Shown: positions 25,622-40,300 of the stretch, piece after piece
How the letters are laid out: each line of letters opens with the position of its first letter
Position numbering within the stretch: the first letter of the stretch is position 1
From: Nageia nagi
Lineage: Eukaryota > Plantae > Pinophyta
Length of the DNA stretch: 64,000 nt
Assembly: GCA_050084985.1 (NCBI GenBank)
Contig: JBITNC010000001.1
Location: 93,000,001 to 93,064,000 of the forward strand
Direction: 5' to 3'
Notes under the pieces: model-generated
The model's database searches: none
Told to the model about the DNA's origin: nothing
What the model saw: only the letters and a program-made list of their open reading frames with translations
Program-made: the position numbers and the translations under genes

Positions 25622-28445
25622 TGTAGACACCAAAAAATAAAACTTTTTGAATAAAATGGATTAAATACATTCATATGCTTAATTCATGATTTTGTTTAAT
25701 TTCTAATGCCTAAATATTCTAAAAGCAAATGTACAAATATTCTAAAAAGCTAAAATATTTCAAAAGGAGCTAAAATAACTTAAAAGTTAAATAAAGTGCA
25801 AAAGTGGGTATCTAGACATAAATGACTTAAGTTGTAAAAGAGTTATATAACACAATGCAAAAATAGAATTTCCTCTTCCTAGCTCATTATTTACTTGCAT
25901 ACTTATGATTTTATGCTCTCACATTTGCTCCAAGATTACTCAAGGGTTTGAAGGATAATTCAAGGATTTCAAGCTTTTGAAGAATATCCTACCATACCAA
26001 GCTTATGATCTTCATTCTACATTCATTTTGGTAATACTCTTGTGGTGAATTTCACATTATATTGCATATATTATTGTATCCTTAAGGTTTTTGCAGGTTT
26101 GAAGTCACTCTCATCATGAAAAAGCTTTGGATTCTCAACACTTGTATCCTCCACTAAATATTATGCGCTAGTATATTTGTTAGGATAAATATATTATAAT
26201 TTGCATTTCATCCATTGAATTTCATTTATTTATCCATACATGCATTGATTGATGGTTTAAACACCTAATTAGCCTTGTGGGTATTTTTGGATCTTAGAGA
26301 TCCAAGGAGCTTTAACATTCTTAGGATTTGAAACATAATTATTCTTAGATTTTATAAATACTTGTAAAGATCAACTAAGATAGCTTAATTGCACTATTCA
26401 AATTGTCTAAAGAGAATATAGGCATACACTTTGCACCATAGGCATCCCTAATTTCATTATCTTCATTTATTAGAGGCTAGGGGGCTCACATTACCTTTTG
26501 GAGTGAGGAAACTCACTCCAAGCTCATTTAGATGCCTTAAGGGGCCTAAATTGGAGGTCCCCTACCTTGTTTAGATGCCTTTAGGTTTAATTAGCACTAT
26601 ACTCAATTCTTGAAGCATAATTTAAAGTTTACCTATACCATAATCTTGGTATCATTCAAATTAAGGAAAGCATATGTTATGTAGAGTTGATATTTATGTG
26701 TGTTACTAACTCATTTATGTATCTTAGTGCACCTCAAGAATGAATTTTTATGTACAAATATTTATGGCATGGCCTTATGGGGTTCCCTAAATTTGGATAG
26801 ATTATGTAAGAGGAAATGACTTACTTGGTAGTGAAAGAGATTATACCATAAGATACACGGATGTAGGGATGTGTAATAACTTTAGTAGTTAGTAATATAC
26901 ACAAAAAATAAGTGATATATGACTTTAATAGATGTTTATCAAGCATAACCTACCTCAAAGTGATAACATAAAGCCCTAATTTTAGTGAACCCAGAAAAGA
27001 TGAAAGAACAAAGAAATGTGTTAAAAGAATAAGATGTCTAGCAAATTAAGAAAAATACTATAGGGAAATGACTTCACCAAAAGAATACCTTAAAAATAAC
27101 AATCCCTTGTACTAGTTTTACTTTTGATATCAGAAATTTTTTTGAACTTCCTAATGACATTTAGTAGAGAATTATACTGGGACTGTATAAACATAAAAGA
27201 TTGAAAGCCTATGAGTTACAAGTTCAAGGAGATGATCTACTTATAAAGGTTAATGCCCATAGTATATTATTGGAAGAAGAGTTCAAGTGTGATTTAATCT
27301 AAAAGATTTTTCTCCTTTGGCCTTGATGAAATACTCAGATACTCATGGACTATGCCTCCCACATATTTTTTAAGAATGCTTTTGTAGCTATGCCTCTTCA
27401 TTTCTTGGTACAACCATATGAAGTATAATGGATCATTATTCAAATACCTTATGAAAATACTATTTTGAGTACAATAATTATTTCATTCCTAACACAAACA
27501 TATTTCCAGTAACAACCTCATGGAGACTATAGCTCTAATAACCTAAAAGTACTAGTTTAGAAAGACAATTCATAAGGCAGAGATGAGAACGAATCCAGGT
27601 AGATTTTCTCACCAACTCACTGTACATCAATGGGAAATAATACTAAGTTTAGGCTTAATGAATAGCCACCATATAAGTTGGGGAGGATGTTAGTAGGAAA
27701 TAATTTCAAAGTAAAGAGATATTGGTGATCAACAACTTGGTGATGGATGATGCAACGAATAGATAATTTTTGGGTGAGTGGCGATTAGTTTCTATGATAC
27801 TGATCCCATCACCAAATAAATCAATCATCATCTAGATTACAAGTCATTATGAAGTAGATAATTTTTGTTCTCATTTGTAGAATGAACCCATCAATCAGTA
27901 TAGCGATCAAATAGAAAATCAATCAACAATTTGATTCATAAGATAATCAAAGTGTATGTTGATAAACTCCTTATCAAATTTAAGAAGAAAGAATATTATC
28001 TTAAAGATTTTGAGTAATTTTTAAAAGGTTAAAGAAATACATTCTCAAATTTAAGCCTCAAAAGTATATCTTTGCAGTCTCAAGTGGGAAATTGCTAGGC
28101 TTCATTATCTCTAAAAGAGCAATAGAGGTGGATCTAAAGAAAGTAAATGTCATAAATAATATACCTCCTCTAAATAATATCAAGAAACTAAGAAGTTTTC
28201 AATGCAAAGTATAAGATATGAGAAGATTTATTGCTTAATTTGTTGATATGGTTACTTTGTACAATCACTTACTCAAGAAGAATTTCGAATTCATTTGGGA
28301 TAAGAAGTACTAATATGCTTTAGATACTAAAATGTATGTACTTGATCTTCTTATTTTAGCTCCAATGGATCATTCAAATCTTCATATTTATCATCTCAAC
28401 CAAAATCCATACCTTAGGAGCAATGTTAGCTTAAAAAGGTGATAT
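25622..28445 (+). mobile_element. Gypsy (Tat/Ogre-like): LTR 25622-26756, PBS-like site, deleted internal region with RT/RNase H remnant 27940-28445
   Basis: TGTAGACACC...TGTACA; translation KVYVDKLLIK, SGKLLGFIISKRAIEVDLKKV, LLKKNFEFIWD, LGAMLA. Confidence 0.7.
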
Positions 28446-31149
28446 TGTAGATGATAAAATGTAACCTTAAATTATAATAAAGGATGATGAAATTATATCT
28501 AATTTAATTAATGAGCAAAGTAACTTAATTGCCTATGATCACTTAGTAACTAATGAAAATAACTTAGAGTAATAAGTAATTGAACAAGATAGAAATAACA
28601 TAAACTAATTGAATAAATTGATACACCTATGAGAGAGGAATGATAAATACCTATGCATTTACCTGAAAAATCTTTAAGTAGCTATTTGGATTTGATTTGA
28701 CATGCATAAATAATCATGAATAAAAATATGAACTTTTGAAGTGTTTGTATCCATAACACTAATGTTGAGGAGAAATGCGACCTAACATTGATGTTGGGAA
28801 CCTTGTAATGTATGAGCACACCAATTTCATATCCAATCAACTAATAGATAAATATTCAACATATGTCGTGAAGAAGTGGCATGTAGCTCTTGAGTATAAC
28901 AAATTCCAATCTTGAAAGGTGGTGTTGAGAAATACTATAAAGTTTGAGAGAGATATGCATAATCCTATCGAGATGAACACTTGTTAGTCTTATCATCATA
29001 TAATTCTCAATTTATAGGTTTAGAAATATATTTGAATGCACCTTTGCATGCTAACACTGATGCTAGTGGTCCAACATATAAAATAAGATAATTATGCATG
29101 AGAAGTAACTTAGGTAAATCATAAGCAATAATATAAATATAATATAATACCATATTCATTTTAATGTAGTGAGGGTTGTATGAAATATAGTTTGGAATTA
29201 AAAGGATTCCAAATTATATGTCAAAACATGCCCCCCTTTACAAGTTTTAATGAAGTAAATTGAAATTAATTCTTGCAAATCAAATGAGAGGAAAAGAAAC
29301 TTCCTAATTTTTCTTGAATCTTCGTAGAATCAACAATTTATTAGTGATGCATTATGCCCCCTCTTTGCATTGTTTGTTGTTGGAGTGGAAAACAACAAAC
29401 AATTGGAAAGAACCTATGGAAAAATAAATACGCTCCAAATATCATAAGAGCATTGTGTGTTTCATCTTGAAAAAATAAGCATTTAAGAGAAAAAATGAAA
29501 TAAACATTTAGGATCTTTCACTATACATAGATATAACATTGATACAAGTTACATTAATGAAATAAACTCTAAGATATTATTCATAAAAATAATAATATTG
29601 ATGGTTAATAAACCAATAAAAAAATGTGATCATAAAGATGATAATTAATAAACCAACCAAAAAAGGTGATCATAAAGATGATAGTTAATAAACCAACCAA
29701 CAAATATGATCATAAAGTAAACATATTGATGGTTCATAACCCAACTAACAAAAGTGATTATAAAGGTGATGGTTAATAACCCAACCAACAAAGGTGATCA
29801 TAAAGGTGATGGTTAATAACCCAACTAATAAAGGTGTTCATAAAGAAAACATAGTGATGGTTAGTTAAAATCCAACTAATAAAGGTGATCGTTAATAACC
29901 TAATCAACAAATATGATCATAAGGAAAACATAGTAATACTTAGTTAAAACCTAACCAAGAAAGGTGATCATAAAGGTGATGGTTAATAACCCAACCAAGA
30001 AAGGTGATCATAAAGAAAATATAGTAATGGTTAGTTAAAACCTAACCAAGAAAGGTTATCATAAAGGTTATAGTTAATAACCCAAACAACAAAGGTGATG
30101 CACCCACAACACCTAGTGACATTACCATTTTTTGACAAGGTAAAGTTCCAAGTTCTTAGGGTCATAACTTTTAATCTAAGTATCCATTTGAACCCGTTCT
30201 TTTTTAAAAATGTGAAAAATTGAGCTAGCTATGCCGAGTCTAGTAACACTATTTCTACCTTAATATTTTTGTCAAGTTTGGGATCCCTGATACCTCACTA
30301 ATTATCCAAAAATTGGATTTGAATAAAATTTTGTAATTTTTAGTATTCTTTGGTATTTAATATCAAGTTAGTTGCATGAGTCATTTTGGGGAGATATTTT
30401 AGGAAAGTTTTAATATTTGTATAATGGATGCATAATTCTATTTTAGGATCGATATGAGAGATAGTTTAGAATTAAAAAAAAAAGTTAGGGTTGGGTGAGT
30501 GTTTTTTTGGATATTATATGTAGGAAGTTAAACCATTGTAAGAGATTGCATATTTAGAAGAATAAAGTTTTCTTGTTGTAAAATTTGTTCTTCAATTAAT
30601 TTTTCTCATATTGTTAATCAATTTTAGTTTCTTGCAAGAATCTTTGCACCAAAAGATGTTCATAAAGCAAACATAGTGATGGTTAGTTAAAACCTAACAA
30701 ACTAAGGTGATCATAAAGGTGATGGTTAATAATCTAAATAATAAATGTGTTCATAAAGAATATGCAATTTCATCATAATGAACTATGTCATTATGGGTAT
30801 CCTTTACCCTATATATAATTGAGAATCATCATAATGAACTATATCATTGTGGGTATCCTTTACCCTATGTGATGTTGGGAAGATGTATGCACATTAGTGA
30901 TGGTTAAGTATTTTTCAACCAACAAAGGATGTAAGCATAGAATGTTCAATCATAAGAAATAATGAGATTTTATTTCCCTTATTTTTTTTAGGTATAAGTA
31001 TTGTAAATGAAAGAAACTCATAGAAAGCTTTCATCATCTAAAAATAAAATAGTGATATGGGAGCATAAATGAAAGAAACATTGCAACATCATGAATTTAA
31101 TTTACTTAGGAAATTAGATATTTTATTATTCATTGATTTATCATTGACA
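28446..31149 (-). mobile_element. Gypsy-like 3' LTR (28446-29228), PPT (29229-29238) and repeat-rich 3' UTR
   Basis: TG at the point where the RNase H remnant stops; aaaaca-tgccccccttt is the reverse complement of PPT+TG; minus-strand TATA at ~29011. Confidence 0.55.
29595..30100 (+). repeat. 40/49-bp compound tandem repeat (~12 units; outlier copies at 30650-30760)
   Basis: ggttaataacccaaccaacaaaggtgatcataaaggtgat unit alternating with a variant carrying gaaaacatagtgatggttagttaaaacc. Confidence 0.88.
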
Positions 31150-32149
31150 CACTACAAGAAATTATGCATCAACTATCAAGCATAAACATTAGGTCCTAGA
31201 TTTTTTTTTAATGAAAAACCTCTAACGATATAAATGATGTTAACATGTCTATCAATGTCCACTATTGTATTTTCATCAGGCTTTTCATTACAAAATGTTA
31301 GAGTTACTGTCTTGATTTTTGTTAAATTTCAGTTAACTTTTTTGTTAGACATAAAGTCATCTATATTGTCAGGACATATGATAGAAAATGCATTCATTTT
31401 ATGTTTTTCATTAGAAATAACATTAACAATCTTGTCAAGAAATTTGAATTAAGAAAAAATAAATAATTTTTTAATTTAAAAATAATAATTTTAATTTTTT
31501 GCATTTTTTTTGTAATGATATTTTTGAATTTTTTTTATATTAATTTTTTTTAATTTAATTGAATGAATTTTAAAATTAATTAATTCATAATAGTGAATTT
31601 TATTGATTATATTTAATTGAATTGAAATAAATTAAATATTATTAAATGGAAGAAATTTTTTAAAACTCAGCATAATTTGTAAACACATTAAAAATACAAT
31701 ATATAGATGATTTATAAAATGTCGAAGTCAAAAATGTCTGTAAATATCAAAATTATGTGGATCAAAATATATATAAATGTATGTAAATATTTGTAATGAA
31801 CATTTACACTGATCACTATCATCAGTACTATCATCTAATCTAGAAACCCTCATTGTGCTCATCACTATCCCCTACTCTATATTGATCACTATCATCATGC
31901 TTGTTGCCATGGTGTTCTTCCTTCAATTGATCTGTATCCATTGCAACCCCTTGATCAATAGGCACTATAGAAGAATCATTCAATGGATGATTAAATAAAT
32001 GTTAGTAAATAATCAAAAATTAAAAATCTTTTCATAAATATCAAATCATAATTAATTAATAAATTAATATCACATAAAATATTATGAATGAAAGATTTAA
32101 TATTATTAGTGTATATCAAAATAGTATCAAATTATTTAAGTTAAATGTT

Positions 32150-34028
32150 TACTAACCTACATCAATTTTTTAGTAACTTAATAAATCAAATTTTTATTAA
32201 ACTAATAAGTCTGACCCACGATAAAGTTTTAGCAACCTAAGTCTAACATAAGTCAAATTGTTATTGACCTAAGTCTAATCTAAACCATATTTTTACTAAC
32301 CTATATAAGTAAAATTATACTAACCTAAGTCAAAAAAATTCTAACCTAAGTGTAACATAAGTTAGATTTTTACTAACTTAAGCCTAACCTATATCAAATA
32401 TTTACTAACCTAAGTGATATTTTTAAGAAACCAATTCATATTTTTACTAGCTTAAATCTAACCCTAAACCTTGAAAATAAAAAATTGTAAGACCCTAAAC
32501 CCTTGAACCCTAAGCTCCTAAACCCTAAAACTCTTAAGCCCTTAAACTACAAACCCTAAACCTCAAAATCCTAAACCCTAAAATTGTAAAAACCTAAACC
32601 CTTAAACCCTAAACCTTAAACTCCTAAAACCTTAAACCTTAAAATCCTTAATCCCTTAAACTATAAACCCTAAACCCTAAAATCATAAAACCTAACCCCT
32701 TAAACCCTAAATCTTAAACTCCTAAAATACTAAACCCTAAAACCATAAACCCTATAACCCTAAACTCTAAATCATTAAAACCTCAAACTCTAAATACTAA
32801 ACCCTTAAACCCTACACTCATAAAACCTTAACCTAAAAACCCTAAATAAAACCCTAAACATTAAACCTTGACCCCTAAACCCTTAAAACCCTATATCCTA
32901 AACCCTAAAACCCTTAAGCGCTTGAATCCTAAACCTTAAATATTAAAACCTTAAACCCTAAAATCATAAAATCATAAATCTTAAAATCATAAAACCCTAA
33001 ACCATAGACCCTAAAATCTAAACCCATAAACCCTAAAATCTTAAACCCTTTGAACCCTAAAATCCTAAACCCTTAAACATAATAAATCTAATCTATATCA
33101 AATTTTTAGTAACCTAATAAGTTTGACCTATGTTAAAGTTTTAATGAACTAAGTCTAACATAATTCAAATTTTTATTAACCTAAATCTAATCTAATTCAT
33201 TTTTACTAACCTATCTAAGTAAAACATTTACTAATCTAAGTTAAAAAATTTCTAACCTAAGTGTAAAATAAGTTAAAGCTTTACTAACTTAAGCTGAACC
33301 TATATCAAATTTTTACTAACCTAAGTCATATTTTTAAGAAACTAATTCATATTTTTATTAGATTAAGTCTAATCGTAAACCTTAAAACCCAAAAATCATA
33401 ATACATTAAACCCTTAAACCCAAATCTCCTAAATCCTAAAAACCCTTAAGCCCTTTAACTATAAACCCTAAACCTTAAAATCTTAAACCTTAAAATTGTA
33501 AAATGTTAAACCTTGAAACTTTAAACCCTAAATCTTAAACCCTAAACCATTAAACTCTTAAAATATTAAACTTTAAAACCCTTAAACCCTTAAACCATAA
33601 ACCCAAAATCTTATAACCTAAAACTCTAAACCTTTAAACCCTTAATCCCTCAAACTCTAAAATCTAAAACTTAAAATCATAAAATCATAAACTCTTAAAC
33701 CTTAAATTCATAAACCTTGAACCCTAAACATCCTAGATAAAACTTTAAATCTTTAAACCTTAAACCCCTAAATCCTAAAAACATTATACCTATACCCTAA
33801 CCCCTAAACCCTTAAAACCTTATACCATAAACCTTTAAAACCCTTAAGCCCTTGAACCCTAAATCTTAAATGTTAAAACCCTAAACCCTAAAATCATAAA
33901 ATCCTAAATCTTAAAATTATAAAATGCTAAACCATATAACCTAAAATCTATACCCTAAACCCTAAAATATTAAAACCTTAAACCCCTAAAACCCTAAACC
34001 CTTAAACCTTTAAAACCTTGAGCCCTAA
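32150..34028 (+). repeat. Two tandem ~930-bp units, each a tactaacctaagt block plus degenerate (CCCTAAA)n telomere-like array; resumes at 51331-51460
   Basis: 32150-33080 is colinear with 33085-34025; many aaaccctaaa units. Confidence 0.88.
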
Positions 34029-37000
34029 TATCAGAGACTTGGCACTTTTTCCAAGTTAATTTTTAGAGTTTCCTAAGTTCACTACTCAACTGATGTCTTG
34101 CAGATTGATTGACTATCCAATCGAACTCCATCCAATTAGCCCCCAAATTTGTAAACTAATCCTCTTCTAATTGATTAGATCTGGCCAACAAGTCTACAAC
34201 CAATTAGTCTGCAACTAATCAGTTAGGCTCAAATAAAAAGTACCTCACAAATCAACATATTTGAGGCATTTTTTCTTATTTTTTATGCATTTTCTTTAGT
34301 TCTTATAGCTCATCTTATGGAAATTGATATGTGTAGAAGTTGTTAGCTTCAGTTACTAGTGTTAGAGAAGTTTATAACTTAGTCTAGTTTTTTACTATAT
34401 GAGTTATTGTATTATTCTTTATTCAATTCTGCAACTCTCACCATTTAAGAGTGTATAAAGCTTCATTTTTAAACTTCATGCATGTAATTTCATTTTGCTT
34501 TAGTATATTCATATTCCTATCTAGTTCTAATTTATTATTACATTTTAGATTAAATTTTATTTATTTGAATTCTCTTGAATTCATAATTTGGTATCAAAGT
34601 TTTGTTGGATCTTAGTTGGGTTTGAGAAAGCCATAGCTTCTAAAGGTTTTTGTAGAGTCTTTATTTTTTTGTTTGAAAGTATAATGTATAGCAACACAAT
34701 CTCATCTATTCCTATTTCATATTTTGATGGCAGTGACTATGAGTATTGGAGTATTAAAATGCAAACTTTTCTCATAGGCAAAGATTTTTGAGATACTATT
34801 GGTGATGGATAAATAGAGCCAACAGATTGGATAACTCTTTTAGCATATGATAAGAAGGCAAAGAAGGAGTGTAGGACCAAGAACTCTCTTACCTTGTATC
34901 ACCTCCAAGAAACTCTTTAAATGAGCATTTTTCCCAAAATTGTAGGTTTTAAGATAGTCAAAGATGCTTAGATAATATTGAAGGAAAGTTTCCAAGGGAG
35001 TGAACAAGTAAAAGAAGTAAAGTTGTAGACTCTAAGGATAAAATTTGATACTCTCAAGATGAAGAATATTGAGAAAGCTTCATATTACTATATTAGAGTG
35101 AAGGAGATAGTTAATAAGATGTCAACTCTTAGAGAGACCTTGGCAAAGGCAGTGGTTAATAAAAAAAATTTGAGATCTCTCACTAAGAAGTGGAATCACA
35201 TTGTTGTGATCTTGGATGAGACTAAGGATTTCTTTGAAATGGAGATTAAATCTCTCATTGTATCTCTTATGTCTCATGAAGAGAGGTTAGATGATGAGCT
35301 AGTTTAGTCTAGTAAGGATGAGAAAGCCTTTACTACCAAAGAAGATGAATCAAGCTCCAATGGGTAAGGAAGAGGAAGATGCAGAAGCCAATAAAGAAGT
35401 AGAGGAAAAGGAAAATGAAGAGGAGGTTTTTCAACCTCAAGAGGAAGAGATAGAGGAAATGGTGATAAGAGAAATTCTCAATGCTACTACTATAAAAAAT
35501 ATGGGCATTATGAGAGGGAGTATAGAGCAAAGCAAGCAACCAGTGGTGAAGGAAGAGCAACCAATTATGGAGAGGAAGAAGAGTATGGTGAAAATGTTTA
35601 TCTTTTCATAAATGAGAGAATAAATGTAGCTAAATCAAAAGGTGAAGAAATTTAGTTGCTGGACACTAATTACTCCAACCATATGACCAAAAAGGGGGAG
35701 CTTCTCTCCTCAATTGATCATTCCTACAAGTCAAGCAATAAGCTTGTAAATAATTATGCCATAGAGGTGGATGATAAAGTCATGCTTGAAGTGCCTACCA
35801 AGTATGGAATGAAGAATGTGAATGATATTTATCACACTCTAAATATGGCTCATAGTTTTCTTAGTGTTGGGAAGAATATGAAGAACAACTACAAGTTGGT
35901 TTTTGAAGATAAAAAATATGAAATTTTTATCAAGAACCATGGGAACAATCTTGTTACTATTGTGTACATGATAGCCAATCAATTATTTCCATAAATTTTG
36001 GAGATAAGTGGGACAACTTATTGTAAATGTGGTTGTGAATGACATGTCTTCGTTGTGGCATATCTGATTTTGCCACTTGAATTTTAATAGCTTGAAGCTA
36101 TCTCATGATATTGTTCATGGTTTGCCTCTTATTAAAGATCCCAAATATGTTTGGGAAGCTTGTATTTTGGGAAATAAAACAAGATAGAAATTTGATCATG
36201 TGAAAGAATGGAGGGCCTCATTACCACTACAATTGGTTCATACTAATTTACGTGGACCAATGCAATCAAAGGGTATTGGTATAAATTCCTATTTCCTCAC
36301 TTTTATTAATGATTTTAGTATAATGTGTTGGGTTTATTTTCTCAAACATAAAGATTAGGTATTTAGGTGTTTTAAGGAATTGAAGGAGTTAGCTGAGAAT
36401 GAGAGTGAGAATATAATTAAATGTGTAAGAAGTTATACATGGGAAGAGCATACCTCTAATGAATTTACTAATTTTTAAAAGAAGCATGGAAATAAAAGGA
36501 AATATACTACAACCCATACTCCATGAAAAAAGGAGTGGATGAGAGGAAAAATATAACTCTCATGGAGATGGAAAGATGATTATTGTAATCCAAAAAATTG
36601 CATAACATGTATTAGGCTAAAGCAATAGGAACATGCAATTATGTGTTGAATAGATGCTCAACTAGTACAATTAAGTGAAGACCCTTTTTGAAGCTTAGTA
36701 TGATAAGAAGCCAAGTGTTCGATATTTTAGAATTTTTAGTTTTTTGGCATTTGCTCATGTGCTAAAAGAAAATAGAAAAAAAAATAGATGAAAAGAGTGA
36801 ACCATATATGTTCATTGGCTATAGTGAAGAGAGTAAATCATATAGGCTTTACAATCCCAAAACTAGATAAATAATTGTATCAAGGGATGCCATTTTTGAG
36901 GAGTGGAAATTCTATGGACAACAAGAAAAATGAATTATGGATATTGAAGGAGAAGTACCCATCCATGAAAACATTTCAAAATTGAAGAATGTGAAGCCCA

Positions 37001-37364
37001 AGAGATCAAATTCTCTTCCAAATCTTCAAGTTATCTCTCCAAGTCCTCCATCAAGCCCTTCTAATAACTCCAAGTCCATTCCTACTTCAAATTCAAATGG
37101 AGGTTCTCATAATGTGATTGAAAAAGTGATGAATACAAAAATAGGTAAGAAGAATTTTCAAAAGTATCCTCCTTATCAAGTTTTAGATCCAAACTTTCAC
37201 CAAAGACTTATTAGAAGTCAATTTCATGAAATGGAAAAGTTTATAAAGCAATTTTGTGATATGGAAATATATGAAGACCCAAAGGGGGAGATGGTTAATT
37301 ATGCATTATGTGCAACCCAAAATGTTATTTTTTTTTATTTTGATCCATCTTGTTATGAGGAAGT

Positions 37365-40300
37365 TATTGATTAGCCTAAGGTAATGTGAATTATGCTCAT
37401 TTAACCAAAGGAAATCCTTCATACAAGATACAAACTTATTGTAAATTGATCTTTGGTATGAAGGATGACTCCTTATCTATTAGGGTTTTGAGTTTAAGGG
37501 TTAGAAAAGATAAGAGTTAGAAATGGATAGGGTTAGAAAAAGTAAGAATTAGAAATTATAGGGGAAAAGAGGTTGAACTAGGACCACCACAAGCATTAAA
37601 AAACTTCTAATCCTTTGGTACAAATATTGTTCAAATTTCATAGCCACAAGTAGTCTTATCTAGATATGTTAGTAAAATGACTATAGCACCTAATAGCCAC
37701 AGTCTGATCCATGCTTGAATTCTTTCCTAGGAGGTGTGCAACTGATAGCAACAACCTTAGAGTCATAAATATTTCAAACATAACCCAAGAGGGAAAACAA
37801 TATAATCCCATCATCCCAAAACACACACATAATAATTTTTAGAGGGTAATATTTAACAAGTATTTGATCTTTTATTTAGTAGAGGCCTCTAGTATTTATA
37901 GAAATTTACAAGAGCTATGATTGCATCCCTATATACTAAATTATGAGCTGTAGTGCTCATCAATTACAAAATAAGATCTTTAGATCTTTTGAAAGATATG
38001 TACATCATCCAAAATTAAATATTGATAAAATTGGATTTATCCAAGGTACAATGAGTAAGAATTCCATCATCCTATCGATCGTTGGGTAGCAATCTCATCT
38101 AGAAGCTTCTGATTCTTATTTACACTATCTTTAAGCTACATATCAATATCAGATCAAATCAATATTTTCTTATGATCAAATCCTGTATCTGTAACTGTAA
38201 GGATCTTGGATATGATTTTCCTAATAGCTATTATAGTATGGCTTAAAGGTTTCTTTCCCTTTTCCTTGATTAGACCCTTATTAGAAATGTAGTTACAAAA
38301 TTTAATACCTCGATCTCAACCTAATAATCTAATTTTGTATGTCAAGTCTCCCTAAGTGGGCTAATTGATAATCTTATCTTCTTACATTTTAATCTCAATC
38401 TTATTAAACAAGGATATTTGATGATCTTAGAGGCTCTACCAACTTGATATTTTAATCTGAATTGAATCTGTATTCTCCTTAAGGCAATATGCATTGAATC
38501 TATGTTGGAAGGGTCATTACAAAGTATTTTCTAAAGAATCTACATTATGAAATGATAGAATGATGGCAATACCTTTTAGAGTCTGAAGAGAGTCTTCTAG
38601 GACATGTGGTAGCCTTTTAGGGTTCTTCTTTATACTGGATTTGAGTTAATCTAGGGCATGGAGTCTTCATTTGCTAATAGTAATTTTAGAATATGGATAG
38701 ACATGTGGTAATATCTAAGAGGTGGTAGATGTTCACCTTCCAAAGAAGTTTACAATAGAGTGTTCTCTTGGTTGAATCCTAATAGCCTAATGTCAACCTT
38801 TTTTGTGATGCAGATTCCTTTGTATTTTTTTATTTTCATAATGCAAAGAAACATCATGATGTATGTCATCTCTAAAATGTAGATTCATTTATTCTGCACC
38901 TTCTGCAATGTGAAGAAATAATATGACATAAGCCATATTTAAAATGTGGATTCCTTTATTTTGCACCTTTCACAATGTAGAGAAACAATATTATGTAATC
39001 CATTTCCAAAATGAAGAGGGTGTTTCAAACTAACTTTCACAATGCGAAGGATATTGATGTCACCTCCACAATCCAAAATATGGATTTCTTCTATTTGAAT
39101 ATGGACTTAGAGGATTTTTCTTCCTTCTAAGGTACAAAGAAGCATAGATGATGTTAGTCATATTCAAAATGTGGATTTGACTTATAAGCTTTGTGCACTT
39201 TTGTTAGCACTTAATTTTGTTGCATCCTTATCCTATTTTCTGTATCATCAATGAACCTTCCATAGACCCGACTACTATTTTTAGCACTTAGTACCACCAC
39301 CATGACTACCAACATATATCATAAATAATTGGCACACTTTTTGTACACTGATAGACCTTATTATAGTACTTGAAATCCATGTAAACTAATAGGAAGATAT
39401 ATTACAAATTTTATAGGCCTTTCCTCTTAATTCTAGTACTTTACCTCTAATGAGTTTAAACATATTTTATTAGAGTTTTAGTGGTATTTATAGATATAAA
39501 GATTCAGATGGACCCATCAAAATATTTATAGAAGACAACATCTATTCTGATGGAATTATTTCATCATGCTTTGAACTGAATGGCCAAAACTTGAATCTCA
39601 AAATTAGAATAGTTTAGGTGGTTAATTTGACTATGATTGACCATGATCCATGATTAACCACCACCAGCAAGACGTGTTCTTGAAGAAAATGATCTCATCT
39701 GATTTTACCATTATTTCAACAAAATTTAGTCGACTTGGTTGTGTTGGATCTCTGCCAAAATGAAACACTTGATTTCTTTTATATTCTGGTGGAATTTGAT
39801 CACTCCAATAGTACCAAATCTCTACCAAAATTAAATACTCTTTGTACACTTTATGTGATCAAGTCCACTCTTATGTGGAGAGAATACACCTTATGCAATC
39901 AAGTCAACTCTTGTGTAGAGAGAATACAACCCTAATTTTTTACAACCATAATTTTTTACAACCCTATTTTTTTACAACCTTAATTTTTTATAACTCTATT
40001 TAAAAAAATAGAAGTATACTTATATATCATGAATTGAATATTAATTTGAATAAGATTTATGGCCTTAACAAGTAAATATAATAAATATAAAATCATATCC
40101 ATACACATAAAATTATGTACAAAATTACATGTACATTCTAGCAGTTCGTAAGGATTTTTGGTAATAAAATTTAGAAACCAGACTAAACAACTAACCTTGG
40201 GATACAAAGTTATCCATTACAAGATTACAATGTTATTGAACTAGTCTTAAACAAAAATGGAAGTAAAAGTTTTATGAACCCTATATACATGCAAATTTCT

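Noticed and set aside
32460-34028. True telomere or chromosome-fusion site
   Set aside because: Highly degenerate, single orientation, no head-to-head junction, and embedded in transposon context
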